From Eubacteriales bacterium (GTDB lineage: Bacteria; Bacillota; Clostridia; Oscillospirales; CAG-272), in NCBI GenBank assembly GCA_045646925.1, contig JAZRLQ010000012.1:1110-65109 (forward strand): 64,000 bases of DNA, given 5' to 3'. Shown in pieces: positions 19,737 to 29,800 of the stretch (position 1 is the first letter of the stretch; every line of letters starts with the position of its first letter). The translations under genes and the position numbers were made by a program. The notes under the pieces were generated by a model. The model was not told where the DNA came from, made no database searches, and saw only the letters and a list, made by a program, of their open reading frames with translations.

Positions 19737-22553
19737 TTATCGCAAAAGCTTCTTCAGATACTGTCCCGTATACGAAGCTTCACACGCCGCGACCTCTTCG
19801 GGAGTACCCGTCGCCACGATCGTTCCGCCGCCGTCACCGCCCTCGGGACCGAGGTCGATGATATGGTCCGCAGTTTTGATCACGTCGAGATTATGCTCGA
19901 TGACAAGCACGGTGTTGCCGTTTTCGCAGAGTCGGTTGAGAACCGTGAGCAATTTCGCCACGTCATCCGAATGGAGTCCCGTCGTCGGCTCGTCGAGAAT
20001 ATAGATCGTTCTGCCGGTCGAGCGCTTCGAAAGCTCCGTCGCGAGCTTCACGCGCTGCGCTTCGCCGCCCGAAAGCGTCGTTGACGATTGGCCGATCTTG
20101 ACGTATCCGAGTCCGACGTCGTAGAGCGTTTGCAGCTTGCGCGCAAGCTTCGGCATATTTCCGAAGAACGCAAGACCTTCCTCGACCGTCATATCAAGAA
20201 CGTCAAAAATGCTCTTGCCTTTATATTTGACTTCGAGCGTGTCATGATTGTACCGTTTTCCGTGACAGGTATCGCAGGTAATATATACGTCGGGCAGAAA
20301 GTGCATTTCAATACAACGCACGCCGTCACCCTCGCACATTTCGCAACGGCCGCCCTTGACGTTAAATGAGAAGCGTCCCGCCGAATATCCTCGCGCCTTC
20401 GCGTCGGGCGTCATAGCGAAAAGTTCTCTGATATCCGTGAACAGTCCCGTGTAGGTCGCGGGATTGGATCTCGGCGTTCTGCCGATCGGGCTCTGGTCGA
20501 TGGAAACGACCTTGTCCAAATGACAAAGTCCCTCGATCCGCTCAAACTTGCCGGGATACGTCTGCGCGCGGTTGAGCCTCTTGGACAGCTCGCGCAGAAG
20601 CACAGCGTTAACGAGCGACGATTTACCCGAGCCGGAAACGCCCGTCACGCAGATGAATTTTCCGAGAGGAATATCCACCGTGATATTTTTCAGATTGTTC
20701 TCCGAAGCGCCGACGATACGGATCTTTTCACCGTTGCCCTTTCTTCTGGAGGTCGGCACGGGAATGCTGCTTCTGCCGGACAGATACGCACCCGTCAGCG
20801 AAGCCTCGTTCGCCATGATCTCCTCGGGCGTACCCGCGGCGACCACGTTACCGCCGTGAATGCCCGCTCCCGGACCTATATCGACGATATAATCGGAAGC
20901 CATCATGGTTTCCTCGTCATGCTCAACGACGATGACGGTATTGCCCGTGTCTCGTAGTCGGCAGAGTGTGTCGATCAGCTTGGTATTATCTCTCTGGTGC
21001 AGACCGATGCTCGGCTCGTCCAGAATATACATCACCCCGACGAGCGAGGAGCCGATCTGCGTCGCAAGTCGGATTCTCTGCGCCTCACCGCCCGAAAGCG
21101 TACCCGATTTTCTCCAAAGCGTCAGATAATCGAGCCCCACGCTTTTCAAAAAGCCGAGTCGGGCGCGAATCTCCTTGAGAATCTCTTTTGCGATCTGTTC
21201 CTCGGTGGCATCCAACTTCAGCTCGTCAAAAAACTGAAGCGCTCGATTGACGTTAAGAGAGCAAAGCTCGTAAATATTGAGTCCTCCCACCGTAACGGAA
21301 AGGATCTCGGGAGAAAGTCTCTTTCCTTTGCAAGCGGGGCACGGAATAAAATCCATGAATTCGTTATAGTATTCCCCACCCGATTGTGTCATGCGCGTTT
21401 CGATCATATTCAGAATGCCGTTCCACGCGGAGTACGTTTCTCTCGATTCACCACCGAAATAGCGGGTCGCTCTGTACTTTTTCGTTCCCGTACCGCGAAG
21501 AAGGACACGCATAGCCTCCTCGGAATAATTTTCGATCGGTGTGTCCAGATCGAATCCGTATTCCTTGCCAATCTCCTCGATCAAAGGACCGTTCCAGGAT
21601 TCTTCCCCCAGCGACTTGAAGCCGTTGACAGCGATCGCGCCGCCGCGAAGAGAAAGCGAGCGGTCGGGAATGACCTTATATTCGGAAACGATCTGCATTT
21701 CGCCCATACCAGCGCATTTTTCACAAGCGCCGAACGGACTGTTGAAGGAAAACATACGGGGCGAAAGCTCCGTCATGCCGATGCCGTGCTCCTCGCAGGC
21801 ATAGTTCTGCGAAAAGCGCATTTCTTCTCCCGAATCCGCAAGCAAAACGATCGCAACGCCGTTTCCGAGCGCAAGCGTCGTTTCGAGTGAGTCGGAAAGA
21901 CGTCGTCGGATATCACTTTTCATGACGAGACGGTCAACGACCACCTCGATGGAATGCTTTTTATTTTTATCAAGTGCGGGTATCTCGTCGAGGGAATAGA
22001 GATAGCCGTCTATGCGGACACGGACGTAACCGCCCTTTCTTGCATCGTCGAAAACCTTTTCGTGCATACCCTTCTTTCCCGAAACCACGGGAGCGAGAAG
22101 CATGAACTTCGTCCTCTCGGGGAGCGCGGAGATCTTATCGATGATGGTATCCGTCGACATCTTGCGGATCTCCTTGCCGCAGACGGGACAGTGCGGAATG
22201 CCGATGCGCGCGTACAGAAGACGGAGGTAGTCGTAGATCTCCGTTACCGTACCGACCGTGGAGCGCGGATTTTTCGAGGTCGTTTTCTGATCGATGGAGA
22301 TCGCGGGAGAAAGACCGTCGATGAAATCCACGTCGGGCTTATCAAGCTGCCCTAAAAATTGTCTCGCGTACGAGGAAAGCGATTCCACGAAACGCCTATG
22401 CCCCTCCGCGTAAAGTGTATCGAACGCAAGCGAGGATTTGCCCGAGCCGGAAAGCCCCGTAAAAACGACGAGCTTGTCGCGCGGAATTTCCACGTCCACG
22501 TTTTTCAGATTATGCACCCTCGCACCCTTAATACGGATATATTTTGCAGACAT
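19737..22553 (-). CDS. uvrA: excinuclease ABC subunit A
   Basis: 938 aa. [11 protein letters not shown], two [18 protein letters not shown] Walker A motifs, zinc-finger Cys clusters and LSGGEAQR signatures are present. Confidence 0.97.
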   Translation of the reverse strand: MSAKYIRIKGARVHNLKNVDVEIPRDKLVVFTGLSGSGKSSLAFDTLYAEGHRRFVESLSSYARQFLGQLDKPDVDFIDGLSPAISIDQKTTSKNPRSTVGTVTEIYDYLRLLYARIGIPHCPVCGKEIRKMSTDTIIDKISALPERTKFMLLAPVVSGKKGMHEKVFDDARKGGYVRVRIDGYLYSLDEIPALDKNKKHSIEVVVDRLVMKSDIRRRLSDSLETTLALGNGVAIVLLADSGEEMRFSQNYACEEHGIGMTELSPRMFSFNSPFGACEKCAGMGEMQIVSEYKVIPDRSLSLRGGAIAVNGFKSLGEESWNGPLIEEIGKEYGFDLDTPIENYSEEAMRVLLRGTGTKKYRATRYFGGESRETYSAWNGILNMIETRMTQSGGEYYNEFMDFIPCPACKGKRLSPEILSVTVGGLNIYELCSLNVNRALQFFDELKLDATEEQIAKEILKEIRARLGFLKSVGLDYLTLWRKSGTLSGGEAQRIRLATQIGSSLVGVMYILDEPSIGLHQRDNTKLIDTLCRLRDTGNTVIVVEHDEETMMASDYIVDIGPGAGIHGGNVVAAGTPEEIMANEASLTGAYLSGRSSIPVPTSRRKGNGEKIRIVGASENNLKNITVDIPLGKFICVTGVSGSGKSSLVNAVLLRELSKRLNRAQTYPGKFERIEGLCHLDKVVSIDQSPIGRTPRSNPATYTGLFTDIRELFAMTPDAKARGYSAGRFSFNVKGGRCEMCEGDGVRCIEMHFLPDVYITCDTCHGKRYNHDTLEVKYKGKSIFDVLDMTVEEGLAFFGNMPKLARKLQTLYDVGLGYVKIGQSSTTLSGGEAQRVKLATELSKRSTGRTIYILDEPTTGLHSDDVAKLLTVLNRLCENGNTVLVIEHNLDVIKTADHIIDLGPEGGDGGGTIVATGTPEEVAACEASYTGQYLKKLLR

Positions 22554-22622
22554 ATCTTTCTTGTTCCTTTTAACATCCTTTCTTTTTAATTTTTATTATC
22601 AACAATTCAGATTATAAGCTTT

Positions 22623-24587
22623 TTATTTTTTGAGCTTTGCGATCGTATCGCGCAGATGAGCGGCGTGCTCGAAATCAAGCGCGGCAGCCGCTGCCTTCAT
22701 TTCCTTCGTCAGCTTTTCGATCATCGCCTCTTTGTCTGCCTTCGTCAGCTTCTTGCCCTTCTTCTCTGCCTTCGCAAGCTCGTCGCGGGAAGTGATCTCG
22801 ATGATCGCGCGAACCTCTTTCTTGACGGTTTGCGGTACGATTCCGTGTTTTTCATTGTATTCCGTTTGGATCTTGCGACGGCGCTCCGTTTCCTTTATCG
22901 CATAATCCATGGAGCTTGTAACCGAATCCGCGTACATAATGACCGTACCCTCGGCATTTCTCGCGGCGCGTCCGATGGTCTGAACGAGAGAGGTCTTAGA
23001 ACGCAGAAATCCTTCCTTGTCTGCGTCGAGGATCGCCACGAGCGATACCTCGGGAATATCAAGCCCTTCTCTGAGCAGGTTGATACCGATCAGCACGTCG
23101 TATACGCCGAGTCGCAGGTCGCGGATCAGCTCCTGCCGCTCCATCGTTTCCACGTTGTGGTGGATATAGCGCACCTTGATCAGGTTCATTTCCAGATATT
23201 CGCAGATATCCTCCGCCATCTTTTTGGTCAGCGTGGTGACGAGCACGCGCTCGTTTCGCTCCGTACGCGCGCGGATCTCGCCCATCAGATCGTCGATCTG
23301 TCCCTTGATGGGACGGATCTCCACCTTGGGATCGACGAGCCCCGTCGGACGGATGATCTGCTCGACGAGCTGCGTTGCGCGCTCTCGCTCGTATTTTTCG
23401 GGCGTTGCGCTGACGAAGATCGTCTGACCCAGCTTCGCCTCGAATTCCTCGAAGAACAGCGGGCGGTTGTCGCGCGCCGAGGGCAGACGGAAGCCGTAAT
23501 CAATAAGGTTTTTCTTTCTCGCGGAGTCGCCGCCGCTCATACCCCTGACCTGCGGAAGCGTGACGTGGGATTCGTCCACGAAAAGCAGAAAATCCTCGGG
23601 GAAATAATCGAGCAAGGTAAACGGCGTGGAGCCCGGCGCTCTGCCGGAAAGTATGCGGGAATAGTTTTCAATGCCGGAGCAAAAGCCGACCTCGCGGAGC
23701 ATTTCCATATCGTATTTCGTGCGTTCGGCAATTCTCTGCGCCTCAATCAGCTTACCCTCGGCTTGGAATTCCGCCACGCGCTCGAGCATTTCGCACTCGA
23801 TCTCACGGATTGCCGCCTCCCTCTTTTCGTCCGAGGTGGCGTAGTGGGACGCGGGATAGATCGCCGCGTAGCTCAGAATACCGATCATTTCACCCGTAAC
23901 GGGATTGATCTCGCAGATACGGTCGATCTCATCGCCGAAGAATTCCACGCGGATCGCGTTCTTGCCCGAAGCGGGCATAATGTCGAAAACGTCGCCGCGG
24001 ATACGGAATTTATCGCGTTCCAGAGCGATATCGTTGCGCGTGTACTGGATGGAGATCAGTCGGAGCGCAAGCTCCTCCATCGAAATCTGCATACCCGGAC
24101 GGATGGCAAGCACCAGATTCTGATACTCCTCGGGATCACCGAGAGAATAAATACAGGATACGCTGGCAACGATAATGACGTCCCGACGTTCAAAGAGCGC
24201 AGAGGTCGCACTGTGACGGAGTCGGTCGATCTCGTCGTTGATCGCGGAATCCTTCTCAATATAAAGATCTTTGCCGGGGATATACGCCTCCGGCTGATAA
24301 TAATCGTAATAACTGACGAAATATTCCACGGCGTTGTCCGGGAAAAATTCACGGAACTCCGAACAAAGCTGCGCCGCCAGCGTCTTGTTGTGCGCAAGCA
24401 CGAGTGTCGGACGGTTGCAATTCGCGATAATATTCGCCATCGTAAAGGTCTTGCCCGAGCCCGTTACGCCAACGAGAGCCTGCGCGCGATCGCCGCGCAA
24501 CACACCCGCCGTCAAAGCCGCGATCGCTTCGGGCTGATCGCCCGTCGGTTGATAGGGCGCAACCAGATGAAATTGATCCTTCTTCAT
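22623..24587 (-). CDS. uvrB: excinuclease ABC subunit B
   Basis: 654 aa. [12 protein letters not shown], helicase motifs and the C-terminal UVR domain ([14 protein letters not shown]) are present. Confidence 0.97.
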   Translation of the reverse strand: MKKDQFHLVAPYQPTGDQPEAIAALTAGVLRGDRAQALVGVTGSGKTFTMANIIANCNRPTLVLAHNKTLAAQLCSEFREFFPDNAVEYFVSYYDYYQPEAYIPGKDLYIEKDSAINDEIDRLRHSATSALFERRDVIIVASVSCIYSLGDPEEYQNLVLAIRPGMQISMEELALRLISIQYTRNDIALERDKFRIRGDVFDIMPASGKNAIRVEFFGDEIDRICEINPVTGEMIGILSYAAIYPASHYATSDEKREAAIREIECEMLERVAEFQAEGKLIEAQRIAERTKYDMEMLREVGFCSGIENYSRILSGRAPGSTPFTLLDYFPEDFLLFVDESHVTLPQVRGMSGGDSARKKNLIDYGFRLPSARDNRPLFFEEFEAKLGQTIFVSATPEKYERERATQLVEQIIRPTGLVDPKVEIRPIKGQIDDLMGEIRARTERNERVLVTTLTKKMAEDICEYLEMNLIKVRYIHHNVETMERQELIRDLRLGVYDVLIGINLLREGLDIPEVSLVAILDADKEGFLRSKTSLVQTIGRAARNAEGTVIMYADSVTSSMDYAIKETERRRKIQTEYNEKHGIVPQTVKKEVRAIIEITSRDELAKAEKKGKKLTKADKEAMIEKLTKEMKAAAAALDFEHAAHLRDTIAKLKK

Positions 24588-24715
24588 GCAAAACCTTCTT
24601 TCTTTTCTTTATTATTTACAGATATTCAGTTTATTGTATCACGGAAAAATATTTTTTTCAATAGATTATATGCAAAAGATGTTTTTTTTGGAAATTTTTT
24701 GGAAAGCACGAAAAT

Positions 24716-24747
24716 AAGTCCTCGACAGGATTTCCTGTCGAGGACTT
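24716..24747 (-). terminator. intrinsic terminator after the GH94-like gene
   Basis: A 14-bp stem AAGTCCTCGACAGG/CCTGTCGAGGACTT has a 4-nt loop. The minus strand continues with ATTTTCG. Confidence 0.7.
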
Positions 24748-24780
24748 TGAAATCATATGAAGGATTTTATTGCAACACTC

Positions 24781-27069
24781 TTATGCCTTTTTGCCGAGCT
24801 TAACTTCAACCTTGATGGTCTTGCCTGCTACGGGAGCAATGATATTGCCCTCGATCTCCTTGCCGTCAACGGTGATGGAAAGAACGTCGGAGCCTTCGCC
24901 GTTACCGGTGAAGTGAACGTCGAACGTGCAGTCGCGCATAACCTTTACGATGCTGCATTCATTCCAGCAGAGAGGCAGACAAGGATCGATACGGAGTCCC
25001 GCGATCTCGGGGTGCATACCGAAGATGAATTCGACAACGCTCTTGAGCATCCAGGAGCTGGAAGCGGTACGCCAGCTCTGTCCGGGCGTACCTGCGCGGT
25101 AGCCAACCTCGGGAGCGAAGTAGGAGTTGAACATTGCGTAGGGTTCACCGCAGGTCTGACCAACGGTGCCGTCATCATAGGTCTGATCCCAAGGAAGCAT
25201 CTTGCGCAGGCCTTCTTCTACACGGTCGGGACGACGCAGGATACTGTCAACAGCAAGCTTCCAAGCAGAAGGATGGAGGTAGATACCGCCGTTATCCTGT
25301 ACGCCGGGGAATTTTTCAGCCATGGAGCCGATGTAAGGTCTCTGATAAGAGTATGCGGGATAGGAGAGACGGATACCGATAGGTGTTTCGAGAAGCTCTT
25401 CTGCCTTATCCATTGCCTCGGAGCCTCTGTCGAGTCCCGCGAGAACTGCCCACATCTGAGGATTGAGGAAGATCTGACCTTCGTCGCAATCGGAGGAGCC
25501 CATGATGATATCGTCGTCGGTACGGGCGTAAATGTAGTAGCCGCCCTTTTCGTCGAAGCCGTATTTTTCGATCTTTTCGGTCATATCGGCAACGCGTTCC
25601 ATTGCGAGCTTCGCGTCGTCTTCCTTGCCAAGCATACGCGCAACCTCGGCAAACATCTTACCTGCGCGTACCCAAGCGATGGAGAGCCATACGGAAACGC
25701 CCTTGCCCTTGAGACCTGCAAAGTTAATGCAGTCATTCCAGTCACCGCCCCAGATACGAACGAGACCGTAAAGACCCTGGAAGTTATAGAGGAAGTCAAC
25801 GGAGCGCTTGATATGCTCGTAAACGGGGAATTCTTCCTCCGTATCGTTGAATTTTACTTTTTCGTAAAGAAGATTGGGATCGCCAAGCTCCTTGATGATG
25901 GTGTTGACGGCGTATGTCATCCAAACGGTATTATCCGCGAAATTGTTGTCCTTGATCTTACCGTCAGCGAAGGTACGGGGCGCGTAACCGTTCTGATACT
26001 GGTAGGTAAGAACGCGCTTCATTCTTTCCCAAGCGAGCTTGGGGTTGACGCAACCGAGACATTCGGTGTCACTGGTCATATCGCGGTAGCCGTTGTGACG
26101 AACGCGCGCCCAACGGGAGCCCATGTGCGCCGCGTATTTCATCCAACCATTGATGAGGTGGTCGAAGTTTTCCCAAGGCGTCTTGATGGTAACACCGGAA
26201 AGGTCAGCGGCATATTTTGCCTTCATTGCTTCGAAATCCGCTTCTACGCCACACGCAGTGGGAGAAACGATCTCTGCGGGATCAAGCGCAACGCCAACGC
26301 GGAAGTGCGCGGTCTTGGTCTCACCGGGAGCGAGAGTAATGGTATTCTGCAAAGCAAGGCAAAGCTTTTCGGAGTTTGCATCGCTATTGGTGCAACCGCC
26401 GTTTTTGCGCATAGCAACGGGAGTCTGTTCATCGCCGAAGGGGCCGATGAACGCGTTTCTTCTCGAGTCGAAGCCCGTGATATCCTCGGAAGCGGTCATG
26501 TAGCACCATACCTTGCGCTTCTTGTCGGAGCCGAAGGAACGGTAATCCTTTGCCCAAACGGCCTTTTTGTCATCCATGAAGCCGCCCTGTCCCAAGCTGT
26601 AGCACTGGGGCTTGTACGCGCCGTCCACCTCAGTCTTGCCGTAAGCAACGAGATTCAGCGTGCGTTCTGTGTCGCCGTTATTGGTGAGAGTAACGCTCCA
26701 AAATTCGTGCTTACCCTCGTTGGGAACGAAAATACGAACTGCGCTCGCAATGTCCTTATAGGTCAGACGAACAGTGGAGAAGCCGGTTGCGTGGTCGCAA
26801 GCGTAATCGGTGTAGCCGTAATCGAGCGGAAGACCGAAAAGACTCCAGTAACCGCTTGCATCGGAAACGAAAATATTTCTGTTGGAAAGAAGCTGAACCC
26901 TTCTGCCCATCGTATCCTGACAAACCGCTTCACCGAAGCCGACCTGAGAGGTAAAGCTTACATATTCATCGTTGAACATGTAGTTGTACCAATGACGGGG
27001 CGTTTCGGGCTCCGTGATGGTGTAGGAATCGTCTGCGTTAAAATGACCGTACCATTTGAATTCTGCCAT
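24781..27069 (-). CDS. GH94-like glycoside phosphorylase/hydrolase (cellobiose-phosphorylase-type (alpha/alpha)6 fold)
   Basis: About 762 aa starting from MAEFKWYGHF. RIWGGDWNDCINFAG resembles the catalytic DWND region of GH94 phosphorylases. Substrate unknown. Confidence 0.65.
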   Translation of the reverse strand: MAEFKWYGHFNADDSYTITEPETPRHWYNYMFNDEYVSFTSQVGFGEAVCQDTMGRRVQLLSNRNIFVSDASGYWSLFGLPLDYGYTDYACDHATGFSTVRLTYKDIASAVRIFVPNEGKHEFWSVTLTNNGDTERTLNLVAYGKTEVDGAYKPQCYSLGQGGFMDDKKAVWAKDYRSFGSDKKRKVWCYMTASEDITGFDSRRNAFIGPFGDEQTPVAMRKNGGCTNSDANSEKLCLALQNTITLAPGETKTAHFRVGVALDPAEIVSPTACGVEADFEAMKAKYAADLSGVTIKTPWENFDHLINGWMKYAAHMGSRWARVRHNGYRDMTSDTECLGCVNPKLAWERMKRVLTYQYQNGYAPRTFADGKIKDNNFADNTVWMTYAVNTIIKELGDPNLLYEKVKFNDTEEEFPVYEHIKRSVDFLYNFQGLYGLVRIWGGDWNDCINFAGLKGKGVSVWLSIAWVRAGKMFAEVARMLGKEDDAKLAMERVADMTEKIEKYGFDEKGGYYIYARTDDDIIMGSSDCDEGQIFLNPQMWAVLAGLDRGSEAMDKAEELLETPIGIRLSYPAYSYQRPYIGSMAEKFPGVQDNGGIYLHPSAWKLAVDSILRRPDRVEEGLRKMLPWDQTYDDGTVGQTCGEPYAMFNSYFAPEVGYRAGTPGQSWRTASSSWMLKSVVEFIFGMHPEIAGLRIDPCLPLCWNECSIVKVMRDCTFDVHFTGNGEGSDVLSITVDGKEIEGNIIAPVAGKTIKVEVKLGKKA

Positions 27070-27148
27070 AACAAAAACCAAACCTTTCTGTTGAATTGTA
27101 TATTTATTTTTTATTGTCAAAAGTTAAGCGCGGCTTCTCCGGATAAGC

Positions 27149-28291
27149 TCAATTCCAATACGGCAAATACGCCTTTGGATCGGTCGTCACGTAAACGCCG
27201 TTCTTTTTCACGCGGATCTCGAAATGGAGATGCGTGCCCGCATATGGCTTCGCTGCCGTCGGCTCGGGATTGGTTCTGCCCGTATTGCCGCTGTAGCCGA
27301 TGATCTGACCGCCCGACACACGATCGCCGACGGAAACGGTTCTGCTTTTGAGGTGCGCGTAGTAAGAGCGCATGCCGTCCTCATGCTCGACCACAACGTA
27401 GGTTCCGTAGGTCCAGAGGATGTTGTCCGTCGAAAAATAACCCTCGTCGTACGCCGCGATGACCGTCCCGCTCTTGATTGCGCAGATCGGATCGCCGTAC
27501 CAGACGCCGAAGTCAATACCTCTGTGGGAAGCGGAAAAATCCTGCGTTACCGAATAATTGTAACCGCCGCGTGACGCGTCGAGAAAAGGCATATAATACC
27601 CCGTCTCCTTCGTTCCGATCACAATGACCATTTCCACGGGCGCGTACTTGTTATCCGAAACAAGCTCTCGGGAGATCTCCTCCCCGTGATAATATGTAAT
27701 CCGATAAACGAATTCCGTATAGCCGTCAACACCGTGGGTGCGAACGACGGTTTTTCCGGATTCGAGCGTACCGTCGTATTCGTAGCGCGTGTTAAACGCC
27801 ACCGTATCGCCTCTCACGGTCTCCGTTCTTTCGGAAACGGAAGGCTTCGTTCCGACGATGATCTCCTGCGTCTCGGACGCCGTTACCGACGCGGAGAGAA
27901 GCTCTCTCGAAATCTCTTTTCCGTCTTCGTAATATACGCGATAGGTAGACACGGTGTAACCGACCTTCCCTTCTCGCAATATTATGCTTTCGTCATCATA
28001 AAGATCGTCGTCATAAATATATTTCACGTCGAACGGAATCTCGTTTTCCGTCACCGTAAGGATCTGCTCCGCGCGATCGGGAGACACGGAATCCGTATCC
28101 GTCGCCTCCGTATCGGGATGCTGCGTACCGATCGAGTCGGAAACCGTCGTATCCTCGTACAGAGGGGGCGTTTCCGGAAAAACAGAGGAATCCGAGCAGG
28201 AAGTAAGCTGAAGCGCCGCCGCAACAGTGGCAGCGGTAAGGAAGATCGCCTTTTTTTCACGTCTTCCGAATAAACTGTAACGATTTTTCAT
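27149..28291 (-). CDS. secreted M23-family peptidoglycan endopeptidase with two G5-like repeats (lipoprotein)
   Basis: Starting at MKNRY, it has lipobox LTSC. Two repeats of the type REGKVGYTVSTYRVYYEDGKEISRELLS are followed by HRGIDFG...GNTGRT...THLHFE, the M23 metal ligands. Confidence 0.85.
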   Translation of the reverse strand: MKNRYSLFGRREKKAIFLTAATVAAALQLTSCSDSSVFPETPPLYEDTTVSDSIGTQHPDTEATDTDSVSPDRAEQILTVTENEIPFDVKYIYDDDLYDDESIILREGKVGYTVSTYRVYYEDGKEISRELLSASVTASETQEIIVGTKPSVSERTETVRGDTVAFNTRYEYDGTLESGKTVVRTHGVDGYTEFVYRITYYHGEEISRELVSDNKYAPVEMVIVIGTKETGYYMPFLDASRGGYNYSVTQDFSASHRGIDFGVWYGDPICAIKSGTVIAAYDEGYFSTDNILWTYGTYVVVEHEDGMRSYYAHLKSRTVSVGDRVSGGQIIGYSGNTGRTNPEPTAAKPYAGTHLHFEIRVKKNGVYVTTDPKAYLPYWN

Positions 28292-28508
28292 CTTTGGTAA
28301 GTTCTCCTTGTTTTGTATTGATGAGACAATTATAAACCCCAAAAAAGGTTTCATCAATGCAAAATGATTTCCTGCAAAGGAGCATTTTTCCTGAATGCTT
28401 CATATCTTTCCTGCGAAAGATTTCCATGGAAGCAAAAACCAAGGAAAAATTTTCGGAGCTTACCGTCTCCATACAAAAATCGGACATCTGTTGCGTTCAT
28501 ACAGTTTC

Positions 28509-28537
28509 ATTATACCTTATCCAAAGGAAATATTCAA
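28509..28537 (-). promoter_or_regulatory. sigmaA promoter of the M23 peptidase gene, about 215 nt upstream of its start
   Basis: The minus strand reads TTGAAT (28537-28532), a 17-nt spacer, then TATAAT (28514-28509). Confidence 0.55.
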
Positions 28538-28575
28538 CAGAAAAAACAAAATTTTCTCCCCGAAAAAGAAAAAGT

Positions 28576-28605
28576 CCCGAAAACCTCGGCAAAGAGGTCT
28601 TCGGG
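28576..28605 (-). terminator. intrinsic terminator after ppiB
   Basis: CCCGAAAACCTC pairs with GAGGTCTTCGGG with one mismatch. An A-rich run at 28562-28573 gives a U-run on the minus strand. Confidence 0.6.
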
Positions 28606-28612
28606 AAGCGCA

Positions 28613-29095
28613 TTATTCGTTTACGATGGTAACGGATGCCATTCTCTGAGGCTTCAGAGGCTTGTCAGACCAGTTGGTCTTCACGCCTGCGATACGGTCG
28701 AGAACATCGAAGCCGTCGGTGAGCTTACCGAAAGCCGCGTAGGAGCCGTCGAGGTGGGGAGCATTCTGGTGCATGATGAAGAACTGGGAGCCTGCGGAGT
28801 TGGGCTGCATGGAACGAGCCATGGAGATCACACCTCTGGTGTGCTTCAGAGAGTTCGGTACGCCGTTCTGCGCAAATTCACCCTTGATCTGATAGCCGGG
28901 ACCGCCCATACCGGTGCCGGTGGGGTCGCCGCCCTGAATCATGAAGCCTGCGATAACTCTATGGAAGATAAGTCCGTTATAGAAGCCTTCGTTTGCAAGC
29001 TTTACAAAATTTTCAACGGTGATCGGAGCAATTTCGGGATAAAGCTCCAGCGTCATCGTGCCGCCGTTTTCCATTTCAATGATTGCTTTTGTCAT
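28613..29095 (-). CDS. ppiB: cyclophilin-type peptidyl-prolyl cis-trans isomerase
   Basis: MTKAIIEMENGGTMTLELYPEIAPITVENFVKLANEGFYNGLIFHRVIAGFMIQGGDP...SMARS...GSQFFI is the classic cyclophilin signature. Confidence 0.93.
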   Translation of the reverse strand: MTKAIIEMENGGTMTLELYPEIAPITVENFVKLANEGFYNGLIFHRVIAGFMIQGGDPTGTGMGGPGYQIKGEFAQNGVPNSLKHTRGVISMARSMQPNSAGSQFFIMHQNAPHLDGSYAAFGKLTDGFDVLDRIAGVKTNWSDKPLKPQRMASVTIVNE

Positions 29096-29176
29096 AATGA
29101 AAAGATCCTTTCTTTTTATGAAATAAAATAAATTACAGTTCATTTTATCATATTACGGATACAAAGACAAGTACTT

Positions 29177-29800
29177 TTACAGTTTTTTCAATACAATATA
29201 AGAAAAAAGATAAGTACAAAACAAAAGCAACGCAAAATTGATCCCGCTGTAAAAGAAAACATACAAAGAAAGTATCCATAGCAACGCCAAGAGGATCAGA
29301 CTGCAAAAATCCGATATCACGCCGCAAACGCCCGATCCGAACAAGGGCGTCAACAAAGCGGAAAGAATTCTTCCGCCGTCCAACGGCGCAAGCGGAAGCA
29401 GATTGATCCCTGCAAGCAAAAGAGAAACGCCTCTGACCGTACCGCCGACGCCGTACGGCATATACGCGCAGAGCAGCGCGTACGCCAGATTCATAAAAGG
29501 TCCCGCCGCTGCGATCAGAAATTCTTCCGTATAGGACGAGGCCTGCGGGAGCAAAATATTGATCCCCGTCGGCATGATCCTGACAGCAAGCGGCTTCTTT
29601 CCGAAAAAAAGCGCCGCTACGGTATGCCCCAGCTCGTGAAGAAGCACGGATGAAAACACCGCGAACGCATAAGCGCGCGGAGAGGCGCATAAAAGCAGAA
29701 AAAGCCCTGCCGCCGCAAACGGATGCACAGAAAAACGATATGGCCTTTTCAAGATGAAGGTTCCTTTCCGTGATGATATTTTACGCCGCTTTTTCAGCAT
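29177..29800 (-). CDS. M50-family site-2 metalloprotease, short form (SpoIVFB-like core without a C-terminal regulatory domain)
   Basis: 207 aa. It has HELGH in a TM helix and NLLPLAPLDGGR (the NxxPxxxLDG motif). It overlaps the ytvI-like stop by 20 nt. Confidence 0.75.
   Translation of the reverse strand: MLKKRRKISSRKGTFILKRPYRFSVHPFAAAGLFLLLCASPRAYAFAVFSSVLLHELGHTVAALFFGKKPLAVRIMPTGINILLPQASSYTEEFLIAAAGPFMNLAYALLCAYMPYGVGGTVRGVSLLLAGINLLPLAPLDGGRILSALLTPLFGSGVCGVISDFCSLILLALLWILSLYVFFYSGINFALLLFCTYLFSYIVLKKL

Noticed and set aside
24716-24747. Relatedness of the GTCCTCGACAG-containing hairpins at 24716-24747 and 10569-10590 to the CCCCGACAG hairpins of the L elements.
   Set aside because: The shared strings are only 6-11 nt within GC-rich terminator stems. 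This is too short to distinguish from chance without a genome-wide count.
22554-24780. A LexA/DinR SOS box (GAAC-N4-GTTC) upstream of uvrA or uvrB.
   Set aside because: I read both upstream regions (22554-22622 and 24588-24715) and found no GAAC..GTTC palindrome. No call is made.
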